Shown here piece after piece: positions 8,634-17,848 of a stretch of DNA of 64,000 nt. The position numbers and the translations under genes are program-made. The notes under the pieces are model-generated. The model had not been told where the DNA came from. It did not search any database and saw nothing but the letters and a program-made list of their open reading frames with translations. Location: the NCBI GenBank assembly GCA_964408285.1, contig CAYOYV010000004.1:32001-96000 (forward strand), given 5' to 3'. Source of the DNA: an uncultured Nitrososphaerota archaeon. GTDB taxonomy: Archaea > Thermoproteota > EX4484-205 > JAAOZO01. Each line of letters starts with the position of its first letter. The stretch's first letter is position 1.

Positions 8634-9308
8634 TTGGAGGCCTTCAGCACCAGAAGGAGGAGGCTCGTACAAGATCTGAAATCAGTGGGAATAATCAGAT
8701 CAAGTCGCGTGGAGAGGGCCTTTCTTACAGTGCCAAGGGAGGAGTTCGTGCCAATTGAGCTGAGGCAAGACGCATATCTTGACTGCCCTCTGCCCCTAAT
8801 GGGAACGGGTCAAACGATTTCAGCCCCTCATATGGTCGCTTACATGGCTGAGGCCCTAGATCTCGTTGGTTGCCAAAAGGTGCTAGAGGTGGGTGCAGGA
8901 AGCGGCTATGCCGCAGCGATACTGGCCGAGATATTGAACCCGACTTCAGAAGAGGTAGAATGTCCCAAGGTCTACTCCGTGGAGATAGACCGTGCATTGA
9001 TCAGCTTCGCTAGGGCAAACCTAGACAGGACGGGTTACGCCAACAGAGTTGAAGTGGTGGAAGGAGATGGCACATTGGGTCTACCTCGTCTAGCTCCCTT
9101 TGATAGGATATTGGTATCGGCAGCCGCCCCATATGTCCCTCCCAATCTGACGGAGCAATTGGCAGAAGGTGGAAAGATGCTCGTGCCAATAGGCACGGGG
9201 CTTTGGGGCCAACAACTCTATCTTATCATCAAGGAAAAGGGGAAGACGAGCAAACACTACATCATGGACGTTGCATTCGTGAGCCTAAGGGGCACCCATG
9301 GGTTCTGA
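8634..9308 (+). CDS. pcm: Protein-L-isoaspartate O-methyltransferase
   Basis: VPREEF, GQTISAPHM, VLEVGAGSGY, GDG.LG...APFDRI, VAFV.L. Confidence 0.95.
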   Translation: MEAFSTRRRRLVQDLKSVGIIRSSRVERAFLTVPREEFVPIELRQDAYLDCPLPLMGTGQTISAPHMVAYMAEALDLVGCQKVLEVGAGSGYAAAILAEILNPTSEEVECPKVYSVEIDRALISFARANLDRTGYANRVEVVEGDGTLGLPRLAPFDRILVSAAAPYVPPNLTEQLAEGGKMLVPIGTGLWGQQLYLIIKEKGKTSKHYIMDVAFVSLRGTHGF

Positions 9309-9526
9309 CAACCCACGCGTAGGCGAATCTATGCCGCAGTTGAGATCCCTGAGCGTTTTCACCATCGCGCTCAGGATTTACCGGGTACAAACATGTGCTC
9401 GTCATTACAATGGCGCTAGCGAACAGATCAGATAAACAAGGCCCAGCCATTGGTTTGCGAGTATCCTGCACTCTCATGCAGGCCTCCCCCAAGGTTCACT
9501 TCCCCAAGAAATTCTCCTGCCCATTG

Positions 9527-10483
9527 TCACAGAATTACTTCCTCTCCTGGGACTCTCCTGAATGGTTGAATGTCACCTATGTGCTTGGCTCCTACCAGAA
9601 ATCGTACGAGCCGCTCCACCCCAATTCCTGCACCAGCGCTCGGAGAAAGCAATCCCGTCCCTGCAACCTGCAGATATGCTTCGAAATCCTTCGGATCTAG
9701 CCCGTCCTTTTGTATTCTTGCCAAGATTCTCTTGTACTCCCATTCCCTTTCGCCTCCAGAAACCCCCTCCCCATAGCCTTCAGGGTAGACGAGATCGTAG
9801 TTCCTGAAATGCCCGGGTTTTTCCGGATCCTCTCTGTCGTAAAATTCCCTCCTGAAGCAGGTAACCCAGAACGGGAACTTATGTTCGGAAGAAGCCAGAT
9901 TCTCCCATTGCTCGCCGTATTTCGCCTGAAGTTGATGGGAGGTATACACCGTGAATGGCTTTGAAGGCATATTCAATTTCCTCCTAAGACGTTCCAACTC
10001 CTCCTTTCTTTCAGAAACGACGGTCGAGACGACTTCGATCACCAAATCCTCAAGCAGTGACATGACATCCTGCATAATACCGCCTCTTATCTCAAAGTCC
10101 ATCTGGGTGAACTCAAACAAGTGTTTGCCAGTTTCTTTTCTTTTCTTATCCTCCAATCTTATGTTCGGGGACATTATGAAAATTCTGTCGGCCCCTGTCA
10201 GCAACGAAAGCTGTTTATGTAATAACATGCTTTGAGTTAGAACAAGTTCTTCCTCGTAGTACTTTATTCGCGGGATCATTATAACAGAGCTGCCAGGATC
10301 TGGCCCTAGGGGATCCGTAACCCTTGATGTTATTACTGGCATTAGCTGAACAAAATCCCTTGAGACCATGAAGTCTTCAATTGTTCTTAGAGCGGTCGTT
10401 TGGATCTTCAGGGCAGGGAGTAACCGTTCACTCTGAAAGGACGCAAGGGAGCTCCTAAGCGCTCCTTGGCCAACCTCCTTCAT
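9527..10483 (-). CDS. asnA: Archaeal asparagine synthetase A (AsnRS-catalytic-core homolog)
   Basis: TDPL.PDP, LTQSMLLHKQ, SPNIRLE, HLFEFTQ.DFE, GYGE..SGGERE, GAGIGVERL; no anticodon-binding domain. Confidence 0.88.
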   Translation of the reverse strand: MKEVGQGALRSSLASFQSERLLPALKIQTTALRTIEDFMVSRDFVQLMPVITSRVTDPLGPDPGSSVIMIPRIKYYEEELVLTQSMLLHKQLSLLTGADRIFIMSPNIRLEDKKRKETGKHLFEFTQMDFEIRGGIMQDVMSLLEDLVIEVVSTVVSERKEELERLRRKLNMPSKPFTVYTSHQLQAKYGEQWENLASSEHKFPFWVTCFRREFYDREDPEKPGHFRNYDLVYPEGYGEGVSGGEREWEYKRILARIQKDGLDPKDFEAYLQVAGTGLLSPSAGAGIGVERLVRFLVGAKHIGDIQPFRRVPGEEVIL

Positions 10484-10755
10484 GGATGATCACCGAACCT
10501 TCGGTTTCGGTCCGTACATAAGATCTTGATGCAAGATTGCCCAAAATTGCCAGGAACTCAGGACACGACAAGGAAGAATCCGTAAATCTGACATACGCCT
10601 TCATATCGAACACTCCATTTCGGAGCGTCAGGCTCGGCTCTTTGGTTCAGGCTAGGTATGGGCTGGAGAGGAATACTCTCTGCTATTGCAGCACCACGCC
10701 TAGGATATTTTTGCACGATTGCTTGTGGGGAAACGCATTAACGAATGAGCGGCCT

Positions 10756-11778
10756 CTAGCTCATGAATTTTCCGAGGCCTGTTGCTCTTCTATCATACGT
10801 CAGGATAACGGGCTCAATGGCCTTTCTGACCCTCTCCTCCGAGAAATCATATTCGTCCACTAGAAACGAGAGTAGCTTATCTTGATCCGGCCTCTCGAGA
10901 TTCAGCTCCTTTATGTCGGTTACAGGTGGATTCATGAAGAATTGCTTTATCTGTTCCGTTTCCTCAGGCTTTTGAAGACCATTTTGTGCATATATCTCAT
11001 CGATGCTTAGTCCTTGCCTTATCAGTGCCAACGCCTTCTTAGGGCCTATCCCCTTTATGCCCTCGGTATAATCTGTGCCTACAATCATTGCGATCAGCAC
11101 AAGGGCTTCCCGTGAAATCCCAATCTCTTTGAGGGAGGCGTCGATGTCAATCAGTTCAGGGTTCACCTCAATATAGGACTTCTTTCCGGGAAGCTTCCTT
11201 CTTCCAGTTATCGCTAGATTTCTCACAATGAACTTAGCTCCAAAGAGCGCGGAATCATAGTCCTGGCTTGCAGTTGCAAACACCAATCCCTTCTTCGAGA
11301 GATAGGCAGCTTCTGCTTCGCCCTCCGACGGCGCATCCACAGTCGGGATTCCCAGCAGTCGCAGCAATTGCTTTCCGCTAGACAATATGTGTTGATCTAT
11401 CCTTGAGGCTGCTTGGGCGAACTTCTTGGCCTGCTCCAGCTGACCCTCTCTCAGCGCCTCATCGTATTTCTGCCTAGCCTCCTCCCGCCTCTGGCTTCTC
11501 TCTCGAACCTCCTTGATCTTGAAATCCGGAGGCTTTCCATCGAATACATAGACGGGTCGGATGTTGTTTGTCAAGAGGTTGCAGGTTCTATAAAATATCC
11601 CCGATAGATGGCTAGTCACCTTGCCTTGTCTATTTGAAAGAGGGCGTCCATCAGGTCCTCGGATTATGGCCAGGAATTGATAGAGCGCATTGTGACCATC
11701 TATGGCCACTGCCTTTGAGCCGAGACGATGAAGATCAATTTCCTCCTTTACTAGTATCTCTCCTATGTCGGCACCCAT
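10756..11778 (-). CDS. fen: Flap endonuclease 1
   Basis: AIDG.NALYQFL..IR, TSHLSG.FYR, APSEGEAEA, SQDYD, GTDY..GIKGIGPKKAL, C-terminal PIP-like motif; start set at MGAD. Confidence 0.96.
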   Translation of the reverse strand: MGADIGEILVKEEIDLHRLGSKAVAIDGHNALYQFLAIIRGPDGRPLSNRQGKVTSHLSGIFYRTCNLLTNNIRPVYVFDGKPPDFKIKEVRERSQRREEARQKYDEALREGQLEQAKKFAQAASRIDQHILSSGKQLLRLLGIPTVDAPSEGEAEAAYLSKKGLVFATASQDYDSALFGAKFIVRNLAITGRRKLPGKKSYIEVNPELIDIDASLKEIGISREALVLIAMIVGTDYTEGIKGIGPKKALALIRQGLSIDEIYAQNGLQKPEETEQIKQFFMNPPVTDIKELNLERPDQDKLLSFLVDEYDFSEERVRKAIEPVILTYDRRATGLGKFMS

Positions 11779-11809
11779 CCAACCATAAAATAAATCGCTT
11801 TGGAGAATA

Positions 11810-12046
11810 TTAAGTTGTAGTTTGGTCCTTTCGCACGTATTCAATCAACAAGTTCTTCTTAGCCAATCTAACTGCAGAGATCGTTCCAGACAGCTCAAGC
11901 CTCATGAGTATCCTGACTATATCCTTTTCCTGAACTTCTGGATCGCTCTTTTTGACCTCCTTCAATAGATCCTCAAGCTTAATCGAGTTCTTCGATTTTA
12001 TTATGTTCAAGACTTCACTTGGAAGCAGAACCGAGGGTGTGCTCAT
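11810..12046 (-). CDS. Small winged-helix-like protein
   Basis: 78 aa with LM.LEL.G.I.. pattern; 4-nt overlap with the EF-1beta stop, so probably co-transcribed. Confidence 0.7.
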   Translation of the reverse strand: MSTPSVLLPSEVLNIIKSKNSIKLEDLLKEVKKSDPEVQEKDIVRILMRLELSGTISAVRLAKKNLLIEYVRKDQTTT

Positions 12047-12333
12047 TTTGGCTTGCTCACATCTATGAATCTCCTTTCGCTCTCTATGGTGATTTCGCCC
12101 ACACCCTTAATGCCCTTTATTTTGTCCTCGTAGACCTGACTTATGCCTTCTGTCTCAGGCGCAGTTATGTCCACAATGAGGGCTTCTATGCCGTAGGCTA
12201 TTGGATCGTTCCTCACATTCAATATCCTCTCCTCTGGGAAGGCGCGCCTCATCGCAAGGAGAATCTCGTCGAGGGAAACCTGATCCCCCTCGGGGAAAAT
12301 ACGGATGGTCATCACGATTCTTTTCTCAGTCAT
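12043..12333 (-). CDS. ef1b: Translation elongation factor 1-beta
   Basis: IRIFPE, DPIAYGIEAL, I.GIKGV pattern; archaeal length. Confidence 0.9.
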   Translation of the reverse strand: MTEKRIVMTIRIFPEGDQVSLDEILLAMRRAFPEERILNVRNDPIAYGIEALIVDITAPETEGISQVYEDKIKGIKGVGEITIESERRFIDVSKPK

Positions 12334-12342
12334 AGCAACTCC

Positions 12343-12504
12343 CTATGGTCCGGTGAAGCCACATTTCGGACAGATCCAATCCCTAACGAATTTTCTGTCC
12401 TTCTCTCCTCTCCAAATAGTCACTTCTCCGCAGTTGAAACAAAGAAACTTCACGTATCTCTCATGTGGATCTAAGGGCTTATTCGATGAAGTGCTCTTTG
12501 GCAT
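12343..12504 (-). CDS. DUF1610/HVO_2753-like zinc-ribbon microprotein (53 aa; missing from the ORF track)
   Basis: Hand translation MPKSTSSNKPLDPHERYVKFLCFNCGEVTIWRGEKDRKFVRDWICPKCGFTGP; C-terminal CPKCGFTGP and position upstream of EF-1beta are characteristic. Confidence 0.88.
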   Translation of the reverse strand: MPKSTSSNKPLDPHERYVKFLCFNCGEVTIWRGEKDRKFVRDWICPKCGFTGP

Positions 12505-12537
12505 TGGTTATGTCGGTCTGTCACCGGCTTCCTATGG

Positions 12538-13701
12538 CTATTTAAATGATGCATTGAACAGCCGCAAGCCAGCTCTGAGACAGAAAGAAAGCCAAAAAGG
12601 ATTCAGCCTAATCATCTTAATAATTCCAGACGGAGATCCATGAAAATCAAAATCCGCGCGCTCAAGGAATCCGGAGGCCTTCTTCGTATTGATTCCGTGA
12701 GCTATTGTTTCGTAAAACAAGTCCTGTCCTATGCCGTTGATAACCCTGCGCATCAGAAACATATACTGCATCTGGGTTAGAAGTCTTCTTTCAAAGGGAT
12801 TCTCATCCTTCCGTGTCCCTTTTCCCGCCTCACTCAATAAGTCGCTTGCGGCGAGCCTTGCAGAGAGCCCGCCAAAGACTATGCCCCCACCGGAAGTTGC
12901 CTTCACCCTACCCACGGCATCTCCAACCCCGAGCACCCTTCCTGCCCTTGTTCTGCCCACTGGATCCCCAATCGGGATTCCCCATAGGTGGGGCTTGCCA
13001 ATCAACGAGGCGCCGAGCTTCCTTGACACTGATTCCAGAGATCGCAAGACATCATGTTTTCTGGATGCAACTCCTATTCTGGCCAATTCCTCGTCTAGGG
13101 GCACAACATATGCGAAGAAATCGGGAGCCACCTCATTTGAGAGGAAAACCGTCGCCAAAGAGGGATCAGTCTTCACTCTCGCAATTGACTGGGCAGAGGG
13201 AAACACGCCACTTACTTTCCTTTCTCGCCACACGCTCCGATTGATTCTCCCTGCGATCCCATCGGCAACTATCGCGTAATCGGCTCGAAACTGCTTTCCC
13301 CTTTCATTGGTGACTGTGACGGTTGAGGAGTTCTGCTCAAGAGCCACCGCCCTTTCCGTTGTAAATATCCTTGAGCCGTTCCCTTGCGCAATCTCTGATA
13401 GGTACAAATCCAATCTCTTCCTTGAGATCACTTTGGCGATTGGGTTACGAATTCTGAATTCCAGTTCCTCAGATCCGTTCGTGAATCTGACCCCGTAAAG
13501 GGAGTTCAAATCGAGAACAGATCTGAGGGGGATTCCCAACTTCTCATGATAGTCAGATGAGACCATTCCAGCGCAGTGAGACGGAATGCCAACCTGCTCA
13601 TGTTCTTCCAGTAGCACGACATTTACACCTGACCTAGAAAGCTCTATAGCGGAAACTAGGCCACTTACGCCGGCACCAATCACGATGACATCCAAGGACA
13701 A
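12538..13701 (-). CDS. Geranylgeranyl reductase family FAD-dependent oxidoreductase
   Basis: IGAGVSG, P.HCAG, ADG, PDFFAYVVP, VGDA.G.VKATSGGGI. Confidence 0.88.
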   Translation of the reverse strand: MSLDVIVIGAGVSGLVSAIELSRSGVNVVLLEEHEQVGIPSHCAGMVSSDYHEKLGIPLRSVLDLNSLYGVRFTNGSEELEFRIRNPIAKVISRKRLDLYLSEIAQGNGSRIFTTERAVALEQNSSTVTVTNERGKQFRADYAIVADGIAGRINRSVWRERKVSGVFPSAQSIARVKTDPSLATVFLSNEVAPDFFAYVVPLDEELARIGVASRKHDVLRSLESVSRKLGASLIGKPHLWGIPIGDPVGRTRAGRVLGVGDAVGRVKATSGGGIVFGGLSARLAASDLLSEAGKGTRKDENPFERRLLTQMQYMFLMRRVINGIGQDLFYETIAHGINTKKASGFLERADFDFHGSPSGIIKMIRLNPFWLSFCLRAGLRLFNASFK

Positions 13702-13926
13702 TCCCTCCCAAAGGGGCTCAGCTAGTTCTGCATCAATTCTTCATCACGCGTTTTAAACCTAACACTGACCCAAATTGAATTCTTCAGATGACCGCTTTGT
13801 AGCGCCTTAGGGCCCCGCAGGATCTCGGATGACCTTGCCTACTCTTGGGCAGGACAGGAGGAGTTCCTCCAAATGCCAAGAAACGTTAAGAAAGGCTGTT
13901 ATGAGGTATTCAGCCGGGTACTTGGT

Positions 13927-14289
13927 ATGAGGTTCGAGTTCAAACAATGCCTTATTGCCAGAGCCGACCTGCAAATCTCAACAGGCAAGCTTGCAGCTCA
14001 AATAGCACATGCAGCAGTAGATTCTGCTGAAGCAGCTAGAAAGACCAAGCGAGGCTGGTACGGGAAGTGGGTAAGCGAGGGGCAAAAGAAAGTCGTGCTG
14101 TTGGCGAATTCGCTGGATCATCTCTTGAACTTGGAGAAAAAGGCCAAAGCCCTGAAATTGCCAACGGCTCTTATAAAGGACATGGGCTTGACCGAATTAC
14201 CAGCCGGCACGGTGACTGCACTGGGAATAGGTCCAGCGCCAGAGGAAATAATCGATAAGGTCACGTCAAGTCTGCCTCTTTTGAAATGA
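13927..14289 (+). CDS. pth: Peptidyl-tRNA hydrolase Pth2
   Basis: KQ...R.DL....GKLAAQ.AHA, GQKKVVL, D.GLTE...GT.T.LGIGP, ID.VT..L.LL. Confidence 0.95.
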   Translation: MRFEFKQCLIARADLQISTGKLAAQIAHAAVDSAEAARKTKRGWYGKWVSEGQKKVVLLANSLDHLLNLEKKAKALKLPTALIKDMGLTELPAGTVTALGIGPAPEEIIDKVTSSLPLLK

Positions 14290-15653
14290 AGACGTTCATC
14301 CTTCCTCTAACCGTAGAGGAATTGCAGGCGGTGCTCAGAGGAAATCTCTGGGATCGGATAATCGGAATTCAGGGTTATCGCTTTCCTGAGTCATCGATCG
14401 TTTCCAATTTCAGGATCCGGGAGACTCCTGAGGATTTCCGTGTATCTGAGAAAATAAGAGAAGGTGAGATCAAAAGGATAATCGCCGCCAAGAAAGTCGA
14501 ACCAAGCTCATATCGGTACGCAATCTACTTGGCCAACAAAAAGAAAATGGAAACGTCAGAGTTGGTCAGAACCCTCGCTTCTTCGATGGGGCTCCAAGTG
14601 TGGGAAATAAAACACCTAGGTCTAAAGGACAAAAGGGCAGTAACCTCGCAGTTCCTCTGCGCTAAACTCCGGAGAGAGATGAGGCCCCCGATCAGAATGC
14701 AAGGGACTCATTGGGATGCGGAACTATGTGGATTTTCTGACAGGCCCTTGAACCCTGAGGACGTGATTGGCAATGCATTCGAGATAACGTTGAAGGTTGA
14801 GGAATCAATAGACAGAGATCAACTCGATTCGTTCTTCAGGCGATTTGTTCATTGGTCTACAACGAATGGAATTCCTGACTTCTACGGCTATCAGAGATTC
14901 GGGACAACTAGGCCAATCAATCATGTCTTGGGATACCTAATGATGAAGCGGGACTTCGTGGGGGCCTGCGATATTGTCCTAGGACTAGGGTCCTCATTTG
15001 AACCAGATAGATTGAGAACTGAAAGGGATGAGTACCGAAGGAGCCACAATCCGACAAAGCTATTGCGGGAGCTGCCCAGATCATTCAGGATTGAGAGAAA
15101 TCTTTGTTTTAGTCTATCCAGAGGAAAGACGGAAAAAGAGGCATTCATGAGATTGCCCATCACGGAGATCAGATTTCTACTGGAGTCCTTTTCGAACTTC
15201 ATATTCAATCTTACATTGAGCAAGTGGATAGGCGAAGGGGCTCGACCAACAAGGGGAGATTTCTTCGTCCCATTGGACGACTTTGGTTCTCCAATTGACG
15301 CCGTTGCGAAACTCACTGAGGAAACTGAACATGTTCTGCTCAACGATTTCGAGAGACAAAAGGCCGCCCCGGCGATTCCTCTGCCGGGCTACTTGACAGA
15401 AGAGACCATATATGATGAGACGAGGCAAATATTGGAGGAACTCGAAATCGATTGCAATTCGTTCCTATTCGAAGGTAAAACGCAGGCAAGCTATCCCGGC
15501 GGCTTCAGGCAAGCATTGACTTGGCCCAGGAATCTCGAGATATCTACGTCTAATTGGCCTCGCTGTAGGTTGTCTTTCTTACTCAAGAGAGGCTCATATG
15601 CAACCATTCTGCTAAGGGAGCTACTGAAGCCCAAGAGCCCGATCTCTGTCTGA
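14286..15653 (+). CDS. truD: tRNA pseudouridine(13) synthase TruD
   Basis: PEDF.V.E, GLKDKRAVT.Q, GN.F.I, FYGYQRFG, F.L.RGSYAT.LLREL. Confidence 0.93.
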   Translation: MKTFILPLTVEELQAVLRGNLWDRIIGIQGYRFPESSIVSNFRIRETPEDFRVSEKIREGEIKRIIAAKKVEPSSYRYAIYLANKKKMETSELVRTLASSMGLQVWEIKHLGLKDKRAVTSQFLCAKLRREMRPPIRMQGTHWDAELCGFSDRPLNPEDVIGNAFEITLKVEESIDRDQLDSFFRRFVHWSTTNGIPDFYGYQRFGTTRPINHVLGYLMMKRDFVGACDIVLGLGSSFEPDRLRTERDEYRRSHNPTKLLRELPRSFRIERNLCFSLSRGKTEKEAFMRLPITEIRFLLESFSNFIFNLTLSKWIGEGARPTRGDFFVPLDDFGSPIDAVAKLTEETEHVLLNDFERQKAAPAIPLPGYLTEETIYDETRQILEELEIDCNSFLFEGKTQASYPGGFRQALTWPRNLEISTSNWPRCRLSFLLKRGSYATILLRELLKPKSPISV

Positions 15654-15790
15654 TTCTAGGAGCTCCAGACGATGAGGAGGAAACATGACGGGGCGTTCGT
15701 ATGAATTCAGACCTAGAAAATGATATCAGATTTTCATATCCGCCTTAATCTTATTAATGAGTTAGGCTCATATGTATCTGGTGCTCTTGC

Positions 15791-16450
15791 TTGCTGCCAT
15801 CTGAGGCTTCGGCTAGGCTAAGGCGTGAGTCCCTGAACTTATGCCAAGAGTTAACCAGAGTGACCCTTGACTGCATAAGGACTCTTCACAACATGATTAC
15901 GGCCTTGTCAGAGGGGAATGCAAGCGAGGCGGTGAGTCTCTTCCCAAGAGTTTCCTCGCTTAAGGACGAGGCCACAAACCTGAAACGATCGTTGGCTGAA
16001 GCCCTGATCTCTGCTGGGGCGATCCTCTTCAGCAGAGAGGACTTCCTTAGGCTCGCCGTTCCATTGACAGAAATGTGTGACGGAGCCGAAGGCGTCGCCT
16101 TTCGCCTCAAGGAAGCATCAAGCCGTAAGGAATTTCCCGAGAAACAGGTGTTGGATGCCGTAAGGGCTCTTTCAGAAGGCGTGTTGGACTGCGCCCTCAA
16201 ATTGCGGGATGTTACCTATTCATTGAATTTCGATATAAGTAAGGTAGAGTCCCTGGTGACTTCTGTAGAGACCTCAGAAAGACAAGTGGATGACCTCTAT
16301 AGAAAGGCAGTCATCAAGCTCGTATACTCGAAAATGGAAGTCCCGAACCTTCTTCTGATGAGGGACGTTCTTGAGATGCTTGAGGAAGTAGCCGACAAGG
16401 CTGAGGACGCGGCTGACGCGTCTAGGATGCTTGCGCTGAGTGTTCTCTAG
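15791..16450 (+). CDS. DUF47 / PhoU-like phosphate transport regulator
   Basis: REDFLRL, E...DDLYR, LE.VADKAEDAAD; helical repeat. Confidence 0.85.
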   Translation: MLPSEASARLRRESLNLCQELTRVTLDCIRTLHNMITALSEGNASEAVSLFPRVSSLKDEATNLKRSLAEALISAGAILFSREDFLRLAVPLTEMCDGAEGVAFRLKEASSRKEFPEKQVLDAVRALSEGVLDCALKLRDVTYSLNFDISKVESLVTSVETSERQVDDLYRKAVIKLVYSKMEVPNLLLMRDVLEMLEEVADKAEDAADASRMLALSVL

Positions 16451-16451
16451 G

Positions 16452-17024
16452 ATGAGCGAGAAGGAAAACCAAGCAAAAGAGAAAATGATTGCGGAATTGG
16501 TAAACGACAGGCTGATAGTCTGGAACGTAGAGCACTCCAGAGCCATCTATAGGAGCGGATACTATGGAAAGCCAATCGGAGTTCCAAAGCCGAAGAATTT
16601 CGAGTTCAATGCTCCACTTACCCTAGATCTGATCGAGGGGCTCCATCTGCTCAGGAGTGGAACGATAGGAATCGTTAAGGGAAACAAGAAGGTAGGTCCC
16701 GCAGCCCTCGAGCGGATGGCCAAGAAGTATCACGAAGGATTCGACATAAAGTACAAAGTGTATGAGGATCTAAGAAAAAAAGGCTATGTAGTGACACCTG
16801 GGATAAAATTCGGCTGCACCTACGCGGTATATGAGCATGGGCCGGGAGTTGACCACGCGCCATTTCTTGTAGAGGTGAAGGAGCAGAATGAATCCGTCAC
16901 AGCTCCGGATCTAGTGAGGGCTGGTAGACTTGCGACAACCGTGAAGAAGCGCTTCGTTTTCGCAATCATAGACAAAAGGACCGGGTCTATTGACTATCTC
17001 GTTTCTAAATGGTGGAAGGCATAG
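16452..17024 (+). CDS. endA: tRNA-intron endonuclease catalytic (alpha) subunit
   Basis: VYEDLR.KGY.V.PG.KFG, catalytic Y (AVYEHGPG), H (DHAP) and K (TVKK); GYYGKPIGVPKPK crenarchaeal-specific-loop-like segment. Confidence 0.93.
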   Translation: MSEKENQAKEKMIAELVNDRLIVWNVEHSRAIYRSGYYGKPIGVPKPKNFEFNAPLTLDLIEGLHLLRSGTIGIVKGNKKVGPAALERMAKKYHEGFDIKYKVYEDLRKKGYVVTPGIKFGCTYAVYEHGPGVDHAPFLVEVKEQNESVTAPDLVRAGRLATTVKKRFVFAIIDKRTGSIDYLVSKWWKA

Positions 17025-17095
17025 CAAAAACCAATAACAGATCAGAGGTGATCCCCTTAGATTTTCCACTGTGCTCTTCCGGTTTTTTGGCTTCG

Positions 17096-17752
17096 CTATT
17101 TGAGACGGTATTCTTGGCCTTCTTGCAGTAGTACCACCTTGGTTCTTGAGTTCGCTTCCACTTTCCTTTTGAACACATTGCGGTCTTCATCCCATGTGTG
17201 CATTGGCATCGCAATCTTTGGCTTCATTTTAAGAACGGCTTTTGCGGCTTCAATGTTGTCCATAGTGTATTTATCCCCTGTCGGGACTATGGCCAAGTCT
17301 ATGTTCTGCAGGTGCAGCATCTCTGGGATAAGATCTGTGTCCCCGGCGTGGTAAATCGTTTTGCCTTCGGATTTTATCAAGTATCCTACGCCATATCCTT
17401 TGGGATGCCACGGCTTCCCAGATGGCTTGAAGCGCTTGATGTTGTATGCCTCAACTGCCTGAATAGTCACACCATCAACGGCAATTATTTCGCCGGGTTC
17501 TATTGACTTGCCCCCCATGCCAATCCTTGAGATACAGTTCTTGGGAGCAATCACGACAGTATCTTTTGTACAAAGATTCCGAATTTTCCCTGGGCTACAG
17601 TGATCGCCATGATTGTGGGTAACCAATACGATGTCCGCCTTCTTCGAAACTTCAGCTGTTTTTCCATATTTCTTCAGATCGATATAGATGACCTTGCAAT
17701 TTGTACTGATCTGGAAACTTGCGTGCCCAAGCCACTTCAGGTAGACTGTCAT
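17096..17752 (-). CDS. MBL-fold metallo-hydrolase
   Basis: WLGHASF, THNHGDH, YHAGDT, PMH motifs. Confidence 0.9.
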   Translation of the reverse strand: MTVYLKWLGHASFQISTNCKVIYIDLKKYGKTAEVSKKADIVLVTHNHGDHCSPGKIRNLCTKDTVVIAPKNCISRIGMGGKSIEPGEIIAVDGVTIQAVEAYNIKRFKPSGKPWHPKGYGVGYLIKSEGKTIYHAGDTDLIPEMLHLQNIDLAIVPTGDKYTMDNIEAAKAVLKMKPKIAMPMHTWDEDRNVFKRKVEANSRTKVVLLQEGQEYRLK

Positions 17753-17848
17753 TCGGAGACCGAACACCACCAATCGTGACGTACGAATATAAGGCTTAGA
17801 AAGCATGTTTCTTCTTGTTTGTTTTATGGGGGCGCGCTTCTCGACTTG

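Noticed and set aside
9335-9480. Hairpins between the convergent pcm and asnA genes (CCTGAGCG...CGCTCAGG; CCTGCA...TGCAGG)
   Set aside because: They may aid termination, but there is no recognisable RNA family or U-tract; not enough support for a feature.
12731-13279. Long antisense ORFs (also 39005..39685, 45919..46614, 61793..62371)
   Set aside because: They lie opposite well-supported genes and have no motifs, so they are treated as shadow ORFs.
13785-13856. Hammerhead ribozyme suggested by C(A/G)GATGA followed by a stem
   Set aside because: The core is not CTGATGA and the required GAAA after stem II is missing.
15654-15718. Possible C/D sRNA inside a TTCTAGG...CCTAGAA inverted repeat
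   Set aside because: Box spacing is inconsistent and there is no suitably placed CTGA D box.
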